Assembly: GCA_026390815.1 (NCBI GenBank)
Contig: JAPLFH010000011.1
Location: 2,122 to 66,121 of the forward strand
Reading direction: 5' to 3'
Length of the DNA: 64,000 nucleotides
Source: Ignavibacteriales bacterium
GTDB lineage: Bacteria; Bacteroidota; Ignavibacteria; Ignavibacteriales; SURF-24
In this document: in pieces, positions 19,441 through 29,782 of the stretch
Numbering within the stretch: the first letter of the stretch is position 1
How the letters are laid out: every line of letters starts with the position of its first letter
The notes under the pieces: generated by a model
Databases searched by the model: none
Told to the model about the DNA's origin: nothing
What the model saw: only the letters and a program-made list of their open reading frames with translations
Position numbers and translations under genes: made by a program

Positions 19441-19914
19441 ATGCTCTTCTCAGAATTCAATTATAAATTTATGTATTCCGCTTTCTTAGAAGCTGAAAAA
19501 GCGCTTGAGGAAGATGAAGTTCCTATTGGTGCGGTGGTTGTCTATCAGAATAAAATCATTGGCAAAGGATATAACCAAACAGAAAAGTTAAAAGACCCTA
19601 CAGCCCACGCAGAAATAATTGCAATAACAGCTGCAGCTAACCATCTGCAAAATTGGCGATTGAATGAATGCGAACTTTATGTTACAGTAGAACCATGTAT
19701 AATGTGTACCGGGGCTTCAATCGCGGCAAGAATTAAGTCAATCTACTTTTCTATTTTTGAACCAAAGTTCGGAGCTTGTGGATCTTTGTACAATATTGCT
19801 GAAGAAGGAAAAGCAAATCATCAAATAAAAATTTTTACCGGGCTTTTTGCTGAAGAAAGCAACAATTTAATGAAAAAATTTTTTAAGAAGAAACGCCAAG
19901 ATAAAAATAATTGA
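19441..19914 (+). CDS. tadA: tRNA adenosine(34) deaminase
   Basis: CDA-fold zinc motifs 'HAEIIAI' and 'PCIMCTGA'. ATG at 19441 gives the usual N-terminus; the 19405 start would add a hydrophobic low-complexity extension. Confidence 0.85.
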   Translation: MLFSEFNYKFMYSAFLEAEKALEEDEVPIGAVVVYQNKIIGKGYNQTEKLKDPTAHAEIIAITAAANHLQNWRLNECELYVTVEPCIMCTGASIAARIKSIYFSIFEPKFGACGSLYNIAEEGKANHQIKIFTGLFAEESNNLMKKFFKKKRQDKNN

Positions 19915-19953
19915 TTATCTGGTAATACAAATATTTAGTGCCATCACATTTTT

Positions 19954-21519
19954 TTAATGTGTAATAATCCAGTTGTTTCCGCCATTTATTATTTTAATTT
20001 GCGAATATTCACTCCCGGAAAAAGTATAAGTTGCTGAAGAACCATTTATCAATTGATTTTCTGACGGTTTGATTAAAATAGAATTATTAGAGTGGCTTTT
20101 AATTACAATAAATTCTTTCCCTAAATAAGTTAATTCAAATAAAGGTAACTGTAAATTGTAATTCGTTTTTTCTGTATTAATCTCAATAATATAATTCTGC
20201 GGAGTTAGAATAGAAGAAGTTTGAGAAGCAGAATTGTAACTTCTAAAACTCGCTGGATTCGGAATTTGTAATGCCCCATCCAAACCGCCGGTACATCCTT
20301 CAAAAATATAATAATCCATTACGTTATCGTTACAAATGCCGTAATTAAATCTGTTTGTTACGAACATACATCCAATAAGAGAATTATTTCTTGGAATTGA
20401 CTTTTGGTGATTTATTGATGAGTCAAAAATTGCATAGCTCGATTGCACTCCAGTTCCCGATTGTCCAAACTTGCAGGCAATAAACTTAACACCATAACTC
20501 CCAAATCCGTTTTGGTTCGAGATTAATAATACTTCAGGATATGCCGAAATAGTAGGTTTGGTTTTATCCCAATCAAGTCTATCGTTACCATAAAATATTG
20601 CATTAGTAAAATTTACATCGAAACATTCTTTTATAACAACCCCCTGTTTATAGTTATATGCCGATTGTAAAATATCGAAATAACAAGCGCCGCTATTATA
20701 TAGATAAATACCAGATTCTTTATTACCCCATGCATCGCAATTCATAAATCGCATTGCTCCACAGGATTCAAAATGAAATCCATCTTCACCATTTTCGCAA
20801 GCCCACACCTTATCAAATGCAACGTCTTCACTTGTGTTAAAATAAAATCCATAACCAGAATTTCTTTTTGCGCATACTTTTTCAAATGTATATTCTCCCT
20901 GGTTTTTCCCACTATGGAAACCATCGCCTTTAACATTAAAAATCATAACATCTCTTAAAATAAAATTAGGTCTGTTCACCGGTGGCTTCCTTTCTGGAAC
21001 ATAAAAACCATATGTTTTATTTGTATTTTTTTGTTCTTCCTGGTTGCCATCTAAAGTTATACCTTGAACAATTACATTTTCATAATCCTGATAGTTTCCA
21101 CTAGTTGCTTCCATCTGATAAGGCTCAATCATATTACAATTAGCATCGTTCAACAAACGGATTACAACAGGTTGATGTTTGAAATAATCCTTATCCCAAT
21201 CATATGATTGTGTAAAAATCCCACTCAATCCTAACACTGTGCATCTTGGTGGAATTTTTAATGGTCGATCAATCATATAAATACCTTGAGGGAAATAAAC
21301 AGTTCCTCCTCTCCCACAGTTTATTACTCTTTCTTTTATTGAATCAAGTGCCTGCTGAATATAGCGGGTATCATTATTATGCCCATCCCCTTTTGCACCA
21401 AAATTTTTAACATTAAAAATATCGTTTATTGTTCCAGAATTTGGTAATGTACATTCCACTTGTGAGTGTAAAATGTTTAATAGTAAAAATAGATTTATGA
21501 GAAGAATTTTTTTTTTCAT
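19954..21519 (-). CDS. secreted right-handed beta-helix protein (pectate-lyase superfamily / Pectate_lyase_3-like)
   Basis: Signal peptide 'MKKKILLINLFLLLNILHSQ' and the hallmark 'NVKNFGAKGDGHNNDTRYIQQAL' N-terminal motif. Cys/Gly-rich periodic coils. No T9SS tail. Confidence 0.65.
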   Translation of the reverse strand: MKKKILLINLFLLLNILHSQVECTLPNSGTINDIFNVKNFGAKGDGHNNDTRYIQQALDSIKERVINCGRGGTVYFPQGIYMIDRPLKIPPRCTVLGLSGIFTQSYDWDKDYFKHQPVVIRLLNDANCNMIEPYQMEATSGNYQDYENVIVQGITLDGNQEEQKNTNKTYGFYVPERKPPVNRPNFILRDVMIFNVKGDGFHSGKNQGEYTFEKVCAKRNSGYGFYFNTSEDVAFDKVWACENGEDGFHFESCGAMRFMNCDAWGNKESGIYLYNSGACYFDILQSAYNYKQGVVIKECFDVNFTNAIFYGNDRLDWDKTKPTISAYPEVLLISNQNGFGSYGVKFIACKFGQSGTGVQSSYAIFDSSINHQKSIPRNNSLIGCMFVTNRFNYGICNDNVMDYYIFEGCTGGLDGALQIPNPASFRSYNSASQTSSILTPQNYIIEINTEKTNYNLQLPLFELTYLGKEFIVIKSHSNNSILIKPSENQLINGSSATYTFSGSEYSQIKIINGGNNWIITH

Positions 21520-21716
21520 TTCATTTGCTCCAGATATGGATATACTTGTTATTTATTTTAATACTTATTTTGTAACATTTCAAAACTCGTGCTTTCTTTT
21601 GTTCAAGAAAATGAAAAGTAATTGATCTGCGAGACAGAATATCTAAAATATTTTTTACTTCATTTGCTTAAAAATCATTTTACCTATATTTTTAACAATA
21701 AAAATAAGGATTTTAA

Positions 21717-22358
21717 ATGCGTATAGTAATGTTTGGAGCACCTGGAGTTGGTAAAGGAACTCAAGCAAAAATACTTGCAGATAAATTGAATGTTCCGCAC
21801 ATCTCTACTGGGGACATTCTTCGTAATTCAATTAAAAATAAAACCCCGCTTGGTCTTAAAGCAAAAGAAATTGTTGAATCCGGCTATCTTGTTCCTGATG
21901 ATTTGATGGCGGATTTAATAAAGGAAGTTTTATCTGGGAAAGCTTGTGAAAAAGGTTTTATTCTTGATGGTTACCCAAGGACATTAGAGCAGGCAAAACT
22001 TCTTGATGAAATTTTTGCACTTTTGAAAACAGATACTGAACATTACATTGCCATTACTGTTGATGATGAACTAATAATACAAAGATTATCAAACAGGTTA
22101 GCCTGTAAAGAATGTGGTACTATATTCAGTATAAGCGAACTGGAAGGAAAAAGAGATTGCTCAAAATGTAAAGCTGTGGAAAGTTTATATAAAAGAAAAG
22201 ATGACGAGGAAGATGTGATCAGAAATAGATTAATTGTTTTCCATAAGCAAACAGAACCGGTGCTTAAATATTATGAAAAAAAAGGAAAATTAATTTTTGT
22301 GGATGGGAATAAACCTGTTCAAGATGTTGCTCAGGAAGTTCTTGATAATATAAAGTGA
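21717..22358 (+). CDS. adk: adenylate kinase (long form with Cys4 zinc lid)
   Basis: P-loop 'GAPGVGKGTQ', 'ISTGDILR', lid 'CKECG...CSKCK'. Confidence 0.95.
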   Translation: MRIVMFGAPGVGKGTQAKILADKLNVPHISTGDILRNSIKNKTPLGLKAKEIVESGYLVPDDLMADLIKEVLSGKACEKGFILDGYPRTLEQAKLLDEIFALLKTDTEHYIAITVDDELIIQRLSNRLACKECGTIFSISELEGKRDCSKCKAVESLYKRKDDEEDVIRNRLIVFHKQTEPVLKYYEKKGKLIFVDGNKPVQDVAQEVLDNIK

Positions 22359-22398
22359 AAAGTTATTCGACAGGAATTACAACAAAATATTTAATGAT

Positions 22399-23076
22399 CT
22401 AACTTTTTTGAGGTTGCTTCAATATTACTTTAAGAGCTTTTCCGTTATCAAGTTTTACAATTCTCGCATTATGTTTGCGGACTAACTCGTAATTATGAGT
22501 AGCAAATAAAACAGAAGTTCCTCTGGAGTTTATCTTTTTCAATATTTCCAAAATTTCCAAAGAAGTTTCCGGATCTAAATTACCAGTTGGCTCATCTGCC
22601 AAAACAAGCATTGGTTCATTTATTATAGCACGGGCAATTGCAATTCTTTGCTGCTCTCCACCCGATAATTCATTCGGCATATTTTTTTGTTTATGCGACA
22701 ATCCAACAGCTGAGAGAGCATTATAAACTCTCTTTTTGATTTCCCGCCCTGGTGTTCCTGTAACATCCAAAACAAAAGCAAGATTGTCATAAACATTTCT
22801 GTCTGTAAGAAGTTTGAAATCCTGAAAAATGACACCTAATTTTCTTCTTAAAAAAGGCAGTTCCTTTTTCTTTATTGTAATTGAATTATAAGGACCAACC
22901 TGAACGGTGCCGGAATGAGGAAAAAGATTAATATAAATCATTTGAATAAGTGTACTTTTACCAGCACCGCTTTTACCAATTAAAAATACAAATTCACCCG
23001 GCTCCATAGAAAAATTCAACTCGCTAAAAAGCGGTTGGTTGGGATATCCAAATGTAATATTGCTAAACGTTAGCAT
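22399..23076 (-). CDS. ftsE: cell-division ABC ATPase FtsE
   Basis: 'GKSGAGKSTL', 'LPFLRRKLGVIFQDFKLL', 'LSGGEQQR', '[11 protein letters not shown]'. Typical FtsE length (225 aa). Confidence 0.8.
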   Translation of the reverse strand: MLTFSNITFGYPNQPLFSELNFSMEPGEFVFLIGKSGAGKSTLIQMIYINLFPHSGTVQVGPYNSITIKKKELPFLRRKLGVIFQDFKLLTDRNVYDNLAFVLDVTGTPGREIKKRVYNALSAVGLSHKQKNMPNELSGGEQQRIAIARAIINEPMLVLADEPTGNLDPETSLEILEILKKINSRGTSVLFATHNYELVRKHNARIVKLDNGKALKVILKQPQKS

Positions 23077-23827
23077 AACTTTTATTTTTTAATGCGACAA
23101 ATTGAATTCGATATGACTTGCTTGATGCATCATTAAATGTAAAAGCATCAAAACAATTTTGAATATAAAAACCATTTTCAGTTAATAACTTAAAATATAA
23201 TTCCATAGGATAAATTCTTTGCTGATGAACTTCTTCAACTTTAGATCCATCAGGGTATGTTAACGTAAATTTATTTGTATGAATTTTTTTCCCTTTATTG
23301 TAGACACTCTTCTGTATGTAACTCACTCCGTTAAAGATACCTTTCCGGTTCAAATAAGAAATATGATTAATGCTATTTAATTCTAATGTTACATCAAATG
23401 AAAAAATACCACTATCATCCAGCAATTCATTTATTTCTCTGAATAAGTTACTCAATGCTTTTTTTGTTAACAAATAATTAAAACTGTCAAAGGCAGAAAA
23501 TATTAAATCATATTTCTTCTTGAATGGTAGGTTAACCATATTACAACAGACTTTAAGTAGACCATCATCCTTACATTTCTGCAACATATTCAAGGAATAG
23601 TCGGATACAATAATATTTTTATAATATTTTTTTAGATTAACTGCCAAACTACCATTGCCAGCAGCTAATTCTAAAACCTTTGGTTTTGATTTTAAATTAT
23701 TTTTGGTAATTGAATAATAATAATGTGCCCAATCATTGTAATTAATAAAACGCATCAAGTGAGGATATATATCGGATACTTTTGAGTATGGCTTTTTTTT
23801 CTTAAGCATATCTATTTCGATTATCAA
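23063..23827 (-). CDS. class I SAM-dependent methyltransferase
   Basis: Motif I 'VLELAAGNGSLA', post-I acidic 'VSDYS', motif II 'DLIFSAFDSFNY'. Confidence 0.75.
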   Translation of the reverse strand: MIIEIDMLKKKKPYSKVSDIYPHLMRFINYNDWAHYYYSITKNNLKSKPKVLELAAGNGSLAVNLKKYYKNIIVSDYSLNMLQKCKDDGLLKVCCNMVNLPFKKKYDLIFSAFDSFNYLLTKKALSNLFREINELLDDSGIFSFDVTLELNSINHISYLNRKGIFNGVSYIQKSVYNKGKKIHTNKFTLTYPDGSKVEEVHQQRIYPMELYFKLLTENGFYIQNCFDAFTFNDASSKSYRIQFVALKNKSYANV

Positions 23828-24785
23828 TTATTTTATTTGCGTAATTGAAAGCTTCAACTAAACTATTTTCATCTGCTTTATTTCCACCAGCAATGTCGTA
23901 CGCAGTTCCATGATCAGGAGAAGTTCGGATAATCGGTAAACCAGCAGTATAATTAACACCGGAATGAAAATTTAAAAGTTTAAATGGAATAAGAACCTGG
24001 TCATGATACATTCCTAAAACAAAATCATAATTCAAGTAACTTTTATTTGCAAAGAAGGCATCAGGTACAAATGGTCCGTAACAAAACTTTGAGTAAGACG
24101 ACTTTTCCATTGCAGGTACAATGATTTTTTTTTCTTCTTTTCCTATTAATCCACTCTCTCCAGCGTGTGGATTTAATCCCAGAATAGCTATTTTCGGTTG
24201 CCTGATACCGAAATCTTGTTTTAAGCTGTTTGCAACTACTTCAATACTCCTTAAAATTCTTTTTTTAGTAATAAGTTTTGCAACTTTACTTATTGGTTTG
24301 TGGATAGTAAGAAGTCCGCATTTAATTTTATCGGAAAGAAACATCATCATAAAATTATTAACTGAAGACCACTCGGCTAACATTTCCGTATGCCCGGGAT
24401 ATTTTATATTTGCCAGCGATAGCGCTGTTTTAGAAATAGGTGAAGTAATTATTGCATCAACTTTTTTACTAATTGCAAGATTATAAGAAATTCTAATTGC
24501 TTTATAGCTAATCATTCCTGAATTTTTTGTTGGAAACCCAACCTTTAGCTTAGCTTTATCAAAATTGATTACGGTAACTTTCTCGCCATCAGAATTAGAA
24601 TATTTGCTGATTACTTCAAACGGAAAATTTGGTACTACTTGATTAGTTGTGTTATCAAAAACATTTTTGGGACAAAGGAAAAATATTTTATTTAGGCTGG
24701 GGTTGTAAATTCTATTAATTGCTTTAATCGAAATCTCCGGACCAATTCCGTTAACATCACCGCAAGTGAAAATAAATTTCTTCAT
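23802..24785 (-). CDS. pdxA: 4-hydroxythreonine-4-phosphate dehydrogenase
   Basis: 'GDVNGIGPEI', 'YPGHTE', 'LGLNPHAGE', 'MYHDQ', 'IRTSPDHGTA' are all PdxA signatures. Confidence 0.9.
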   Translation of the reverse strand: MKKFIFTCGDVNGIGPEISIKAINRIYNPSLNKIFFLCPKNVFDNTTNQVVPNFPFEVISKYSNSDGEKVTVINFDKAKLKVGFPTKNSGMISYKAIRISYNLAISKKVDAIITSPISKTALSLANIKYPGHTEMLAEWSSVNNFMMMFLSDKIKCGLLTIHKPISKVAKLITKKRILRSIEVVANSLKQDFGIRQPKIAILGLNPHAGESGLIGKEEKKIIVPAMEKSSYSKFCYGPFVPDAFFANKSYLNYDFVLGMYHDQVLIPFKLLNFHSGVNYTAGLPIIRTSPDHGTAYDIAGGNKADENSLVEAFNYANKIIDNRNRYA

Positions 24786-26044
24786 AATGAATTTTCAAGA
24801 ACAAAATTTCCTAATCCAGTTTTATCTCTGAACAAAAATTTTCTTGAAGGCGAATTATAAGCCCAAATTTCAGAAACATTATTTGCGTTCGTATAAATTC
24901 TATTTATCTCATCGGGTTTTCCGTATTGAATATAAATTTTACCCCTGTCAGTTTCAGATCCATTATTTGCTCCCAAAACCGAATAGTTTAAAACTGAATA
25001 ATCTACACGTTCATAAAATTCAAACATCAACTCGTTGAAAGTTGTTTGTGGTGTTGGGTCCAGTTTTTTCCAGTAATTGCACAACGACTGGTAAAGAGTT
25101 TTGCTTGAAGCTTTGTTAATAATTTTAATATCTTCTTCGCTTGCAACATATTTTAAAATCTTTATTGCAAAATCAATATTCATTAATGCTGTTGGTTTTT
25201 CAATCCAGGAGACAGACAATGGAAAAGAAAAGCTTTTTAGGTTATTCAGTGTTACTTTAAAATTATATTCCCCTTCCATTAAATTTTGATTAATTGAATG
25301 AGTAACAAAATTTTTTGTTAACGAACTTGTTTTATTGATTGACACAAATATTTTATTTTCAGATTCATTAAAGGAAAATGATGAGATGAATGATTCCTCA
25401 ATCTTTGTTTTAAGAACCAATGAATCAGAATTTGATATTTCTAAATCGATTGAATTTATGGTTGTATCCTGAACGGGAATAATCAAATCATAATTCTTTG
25501 GAGAAAAGGGAATAAAGTCATTATAATTAGCAAGAACCATTGTAGAATCATTTATCACCACTTCTTTGTTCTGTTCAACTACAAAAGGTTTTAAAATCTC
25601 CTCTTTCTTTTTTGAAGATATTTCAAATAGAATTTCTTTTAATTTAAATTCAGCGCCAGAATTATCATCACTAAAAATTGGAAGGATTTTATATTTCCCA
25701 TCTCCTAATTTCATTTTTAGGAAACCCTGGGAATATAAATCTTTTCGAGAAGTTAGTTCAAAATTATCTAATGATATTGTTTTCTCAACAGTTTCCCTAA
25801 AAACATTTTTTGTAAGAGAATCTGTTGCTTCTATTGTAATGTTAAATCGTGCTGTAAATTTTGAATTGTCTTTTACAAATACTAATTGTTCATAAGATAC
25901 CCTGAATGGGATGAAACAATTTACATCAAAATTATCATGTGTCTGTATTGCTTCTATAAAAATTCCTTTTGGGGGAATCTGCGAGTAAACCAAGGAACAG
26001 ATTACAAAAAAGAAAATGAATGCTTTATTTTTAATCATAATCAA
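24782..26044 (-). CDS. GWxTD-domain protein (secreted)
   Basis: Signal peptide. C-terminal 'W..LDP...T..NE....Y..R', 'SETDRGKIYIQYGKPDEI', 'EIWAY', 'FLFRDKTGLGNFVL' match the GWxTD domain pattern, with GW degenerated to GS. Confidence 0.65.
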   Translation of the reverse strand: MIMIKNKAFIFFFVICSLVYSQIPPKGIFIEAIQTHDNFDVNCFIPFRVSYEQLVFVKDNSKFTARFNITIEATDSLTKNVFRETVEKTISLDNFELTSRKDLYSQGFLKMKLGDGKYKILPIFSDDNSGAEFKLKEILFEISSKKKEEILKPFVVEQNKEVVINDSTMVLANYNDFIPFSPKNYDLIIPVQDTTINSIDLEISNSDSLVLKTKIEESFISSFSFNESENKIFVSINKTSSLTKNFVTHSINQNLMEGEYNFKVTLNNLKSFSFPLSVSWIEKPTALMNIDFAIKILKYVASEEDIKIINKASSKTLYQSLCNYWKKLDPTPQTTFNELMFEFYERVDYSVLNYSVLGANNGSETDRGKIYIQYGKPDEINRIYTNANNVSEIWAYNSPSRKFLFRDKTGLGNFVLENSL

Positions 26045-26099
26045 TTTTCAATCTTAGTTGATAATAAAAAAAGATGAATAGAGCATGATTGCTATTATA

Positions 26100-27353
26100 T
26101 CAGCTATTCATATTATTCATAAATTCTTTATTAGTCTTAGTACCTCTAATTTTATCCATTAAGAATTCCATTGCCTCAACGGAATCAAAATCGCTTAAGA
26201 TTTTTCTTATTATCCATACTTTGTTTAATTCATCTTCCCGTAATAGCAATTCTTCTTTTCTTGTTCCGGATTTATTCACATCAATTGCAGGAAATATTCT
26301 TCTATCGCTTAAATCCCTGCTTAATACAATTTCCATATTTCCAGTACCTTTGAATTCTTCAAAGATCACTTCATCCATTCGGCTTCCAGTATCAATCAAA
26401 GCAGTTGCTATGATTGTTAAACTACCACCTTCTTCAGTATTTCTTGCCGCACCAAAAAACCGTTTTGGTTTATGAAGTGCATTTGCATCAACTCCACCTG
26501 ATAAGATTCTACCACTATGAGGTGCAACTGTATTGTTAGCTCTTGCAAGACGAGTTATACTATCTAATAGAATAACAACATCTTCACCGGCTTCAACCAT
26601 TCGTTTCGCTTTTTCCTGAACCATATTTGCAACCTGAACGTGTCTATCAGCGGGTTCATCAAAAGTAGAACTAATTACTTCAGCTTGAACTGACCGTTGC
26701 ATATCGGTTACTTCCTCTGGTCTTTCATCAATCAATAAAATAATTAATTTTACTTCAGGATGATTTCTTGTAAGCGAATTAGCAATTTTCTGAAGTAAAA
26801 TTGTTTTTCCGCTTTTAGGTGGAGAGACTATCAATCCTCTTTGTCCCTTTCCAATTGGAGCAAGCATATCAACTATTCTCATCGAGTACTCGCCGGGTGC
26901 GGATTCCAGAATAAGTCGTTTTGTTGGATAAAGAGGTGTAAGGTTATCGAAAAGTGTTCTTTCTCTTATTGCCTCCGGATTTTGCCCGTTAACTGCTTCA
27001 ACCCGAAGTAATGCAAAAAATCTTTCACCTTCTTTTGGCGGGCGAACCTGACCGCTGACATGATCCCCAGTTCTTAAACTAAACCGTTTAATTTGTGAAG
27101 GAGATACATAAATATCATCCGGTGATGGTAAATAATTGTAATCCGCAGAACGGAGAAAACCATAACCATCGGCTAAAACTTCAAGTACTCCTTTTGAAAA
27201 GGTCAATCCGTCTTTGGCGGTTTGAGCTTCAAGTATTTTGAAGATTAGTTCTTGCTTTCTTAAATCACTGTAACCAGAAATTTCCAATTCTTTGGCGATT
27301 TTGTACAAATCGACAATTTTTTTTGATTGCAGTTCAGAAATATCCATTGGCAT
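26100..27353 (-). CDS. rho: transcription termination factor Rho
   Basis: N-terminal '[30 protein letters not shown]', RNA-binding 'GFLR', Walker A 'PPKSGKT', '[10 protein letters not shown]'. Confidence 0.95.
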   Translation of the reverse strand: MPMDISELQSKKIVDLYKIAKELEISGYSDLRKQELIFKILEAQTAKDGLTFSKGVLEVLADGYGFLRSADYNYLPSPDDIYVSPSQIKRFSLRTGDHVSGQVRPPKEGERFFALLRVEAVNGQNPEAIRERTLFDNLTPLYPTKRLILESAPGEYSMRIVDMLAPIGKGQRGLIVSPPKSGKTILLQKIANSLTRNHPEVKLIILLIDERPEEVTDMQRSVQAEVISSTFDEPADRHVQVANMVQEKAKRMVEAGEDVVILLDSITRLARANNTVAPHSGRILSGGVDANALHKPKRFFGAARNTEEGGSLTIIATALIDTGSRMDEVIFEEFKGTGNMEIVLSRDLSDRRIFPAIDVNKSGTRKEELLLREDELNKVWIIRKILSDFDSVEAMEFLMDKIRGTKTNKEFMNNMNS

Positions 27354-27504
27354 ATTTCAAATCCTGTTAATTATGTTACGAAAAATATTTAATTATTGTT
27401 ACTCACAATAACCGGATTTGTTAAATCGGGGTTATTTTTTTAGATCACTCTGTTTATATGAAATTGTGATAGGAACAAGAGGAACTATGATAAAATTAGG
27501 CTTA

Positions 27505-28782
27505 TTAAGAAATAATGTCAAGTGTTTTTTTAGTTAATAGTTTTTCTTTTATGAAGCCTAATATGTATATGCTCCCAAGTACCACTAGACAATGATTGTT
27601 TTTTGTTTTAATGAAATCTGAAATAAAACTTTCCACATCAGTTTCAACAAAACATTTTAGATTTAGTTCCAAAGCAATTTCACTTAATTGTTCAATCGTT
27701 GCACATCTATCTAATAAAATATCTGTAAAATGTATTTCAGTAAAGTAAGGATTTAAAGTAGAAAGCATATCTCTTATTGCTTTATCTCTCATTGCTCCAA
27801 ATAGCAAAACTCTTTTTTCGTAATTGCTTGCTTCAGAAGCAAATGTTGAAATGAAATTTTCTACACCTTCCACATTATGTGCTGAATCGAAAATAACTTT
27901 TGGATTTTCGTTAATTATTTCATATCTGCCTTGTAATCCAGTGTTCGGAATAACTTTATCAATTCCCTTTTTGAATAAATTTTTATCTAACATTTCCAAC
28001 GATTCAGATACTGTTAAGATTGCCAGAGCAGCATTATATTTTTGGAACTCACCCAACAATGGATTCGGTAAATTTTCAAAAAATAATTTTGGAAAATCTA
28101 ATTTCAAACCATCAATTTCATTACTTCCATATTTCGAGATTTTAAATAATTCAACCGAAAATTCGTCACACTTACGTTCAATTACTTTTTCTGCTTCTAA
28201 TGGAAGCCTGCCTATAAATACTTTACAACCTCGCTTTATTATCCCAGCTTTCTCTTCAGCTATCAATTCAAGTGTTTCGCCTAATATTTCAGTATGCTCG
28301 TAACTAATAGAAGTTATAATTGAGGCAAGTGGATTAATTACATTTGTCGCATCAAGTCTGCCACCTAAACCGGTTTCAATTACTCCATAATCAATTTTAT
28401 TATCCGAAAAATATTTGAAAGCTAAAGCTGTAGTTGCTTCGAAAAAAGTAAGTTTCTCCTGTTCAATATAACTAAAATATTTTGAAATGAATCCAATTAT
28501 ATAATCGTCAGAAATTTCAAAATTTTTAATCTTAACTCGTTCATTAAATCTAACAAAGTGAGGAGATGTATAAAGTCCAACTTTAAAACCTGCTTCAGTT
28601 AAAATACTTGCGATGAATGAAGCCGTACTTCCCTTTCCATTTGATCCAGCAATATGAAAGGATTTAAAATCCTTTTGAGGATTTTGCAACAACTCTAAAA
28701 ACTTTTCAATATTCTTTAAACCGAGTTTTATCCCAAACTTTTGCAAGGAATAAAGTTTACTTATTGCCGTTTCTAATTTCAA
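27505..28782 (-). CDS. folC: folylpolyglutamate synthase / dihydrofolate synthase
   Basis: 'HIAGSNGKGST', 'YTSPHFVRFNERV', 'VIETGLGGRLDATNV' (Mur-ligase family, FolC type). Confidence 0.85.
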   Translation of the reverse strand: MKLETAISKLYSLQKFGIKLGLKNIEKFLELLQNPQKDFKSFHIAGSNGKGSTASFIASILTEAGFKVGLYTSPHFVRFNERVKIKNFEISDDYIIGFISKYFSYIEQEKLTFFEATTALAFKYFSDNKIDYGVIETGLGGRLDATNVINPLASIITSISYEHTEILGETLELIAEEKAGIIKRGCKVFIGRLPLEAEKVIERKCDEFSVELFKISKYGSNEIDGLKLDFPKLFFENLPNPLLGEFQKYNAALAILTVSESLEMLDKNLFKKGIDKVIPNTGLQGRYEIINENPKVIFDSAHNVEGVENFISTFASEASNYEKRVLLFGAMRDKAIRDMLSTLNPYFTEIHFTDILLDRCATIEQLSEIALELNLKCFVETDVESFISDFIKTKNNHCLVVLGSIYILGFIKEKLLTKKTLDIIS

Positions 28783-28864
28783 ATCTTTGCACCTACTCTT
28801 TCTTCAGGTTCCATTGTCAAGATTTCAAGGTAATAAAGTTTTTCAATCGATTTTGGTATCAAAA

Positions 28865-29782
28865 TTAAATAATATATGATCCCGTTAAATCAGCAATACT
28901 CTGAATTGACATTTTTTTGCAATACTCCACCAATCCATTAATGATTTCTACTCCGCAATTTGGATTAATAAAATTGACAGTTCCAAGCTGAAAAGCAGTG
29001 GCTCCAACAATCATAAATTCTACGGCATCTTCCCAGTTCATAATTCCACCTATACCAATAATTGGAATATCAACATTTCTTTTTATTTCTAAAACTTTAG
29101 CAAGCGCTACTGGTTTAATTGCAGGTCCAGAAAGTCCACCAGTAATATTCATCAATTTTGGTTTTCTGGTTTTAATGTTAAAGGAAGTACCGACCAACGT
29201 ATTGATAGCTGAAACAGCATCTCCACCTTCTTGTTTAACAATTTTGGCAAATGATGAAATGCTTGCTGTATTGGGAGAAAGTTTTATGATGATTGGTTTA
29301 TTAGTAATAGATCTAACTTTTTCAGTAATCTTTCCAACTGATTGCAAATCATTACCAAAAATTAATCCGCCTTCTCTTACATTTGGACAAGAAACATTTA
29401 TCTCAAAAGCTTTTATTGTTTCTTCAGTTGTAAGTAACCGTGTACATTCAACGTATTCTTCAATTGTGCTAGCGGCAATATTACAAATAATAGCAGAATC
29501 AATTTCTTTTAAGAAAGGAATTTTTTCTTTTATAAATTCTTCAATACCAACATTAGCTAAGCCTATAGCATTTAGCATTCCAGCCGCTGTTTCAACTATT
29601 CTTTGCGGTGGATTTCCTTTTCTTGGTTTCAAACTTACTGACTTTGTAACTATTGCTCCAAGTTTATTTAAATCAGTTAGATTTGATATTTCGTTTCCAT
29701 ATCCAACCGTTCCGGAAGCCAGCATAACTGGATTTTTAAGTTTAAGAAAACCAATCTGTACGGATAAATCTATATTGTTCAT
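28865..29782 (-). CDS. pyrD: dihydroorotate dehydrogenase (class 1B) catalytic subunit
   Basis: 'NPVMLASGT', 'NAIGLAN', 'NVSCPN', 'GGLSGPAIKPVAL', 'IGIGGI'. ATGA-coupled to pyrK. Confidence 0.9.
   Translation of the reverse strand: MNNIDLSVQIGFLKLKNPVMLASGTVGYGNEISNLTDLNKLGAIVTKSVSLKPRKGNPPQRIVETAAGMLNAIGLANVGIEEFIKEKIPFLKEIDSAIICNIAASTIEEYVECTRLLTTEETIKAFEINVSCPNVREGGLIFGNDLQSVGKITEKVRSITNKPIIIKLSPNTASISSFAKIVKQEGGDAVSAINTLVGTSFNIKTRKPKLMNITGGLSGPAIKPVALAKVLEIKRNVDIPIIGIGGIMNWEDAVEFMIVGATAFQLGTVNFINPNCGVEIINGLVEYCKKMSIQSIADLTGSYII

Noticed and set aside
27354-27504. Structured leader upstream of rho (possible autoregulatory attenuator)
   Set aside because: A long 5' UTR for rho is expected. 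However, the only hairpin I could draw (27411-27434) has a G-G mismatch and is oriented as a + strand terminator, opposite to rho. This is not supportable by eye.
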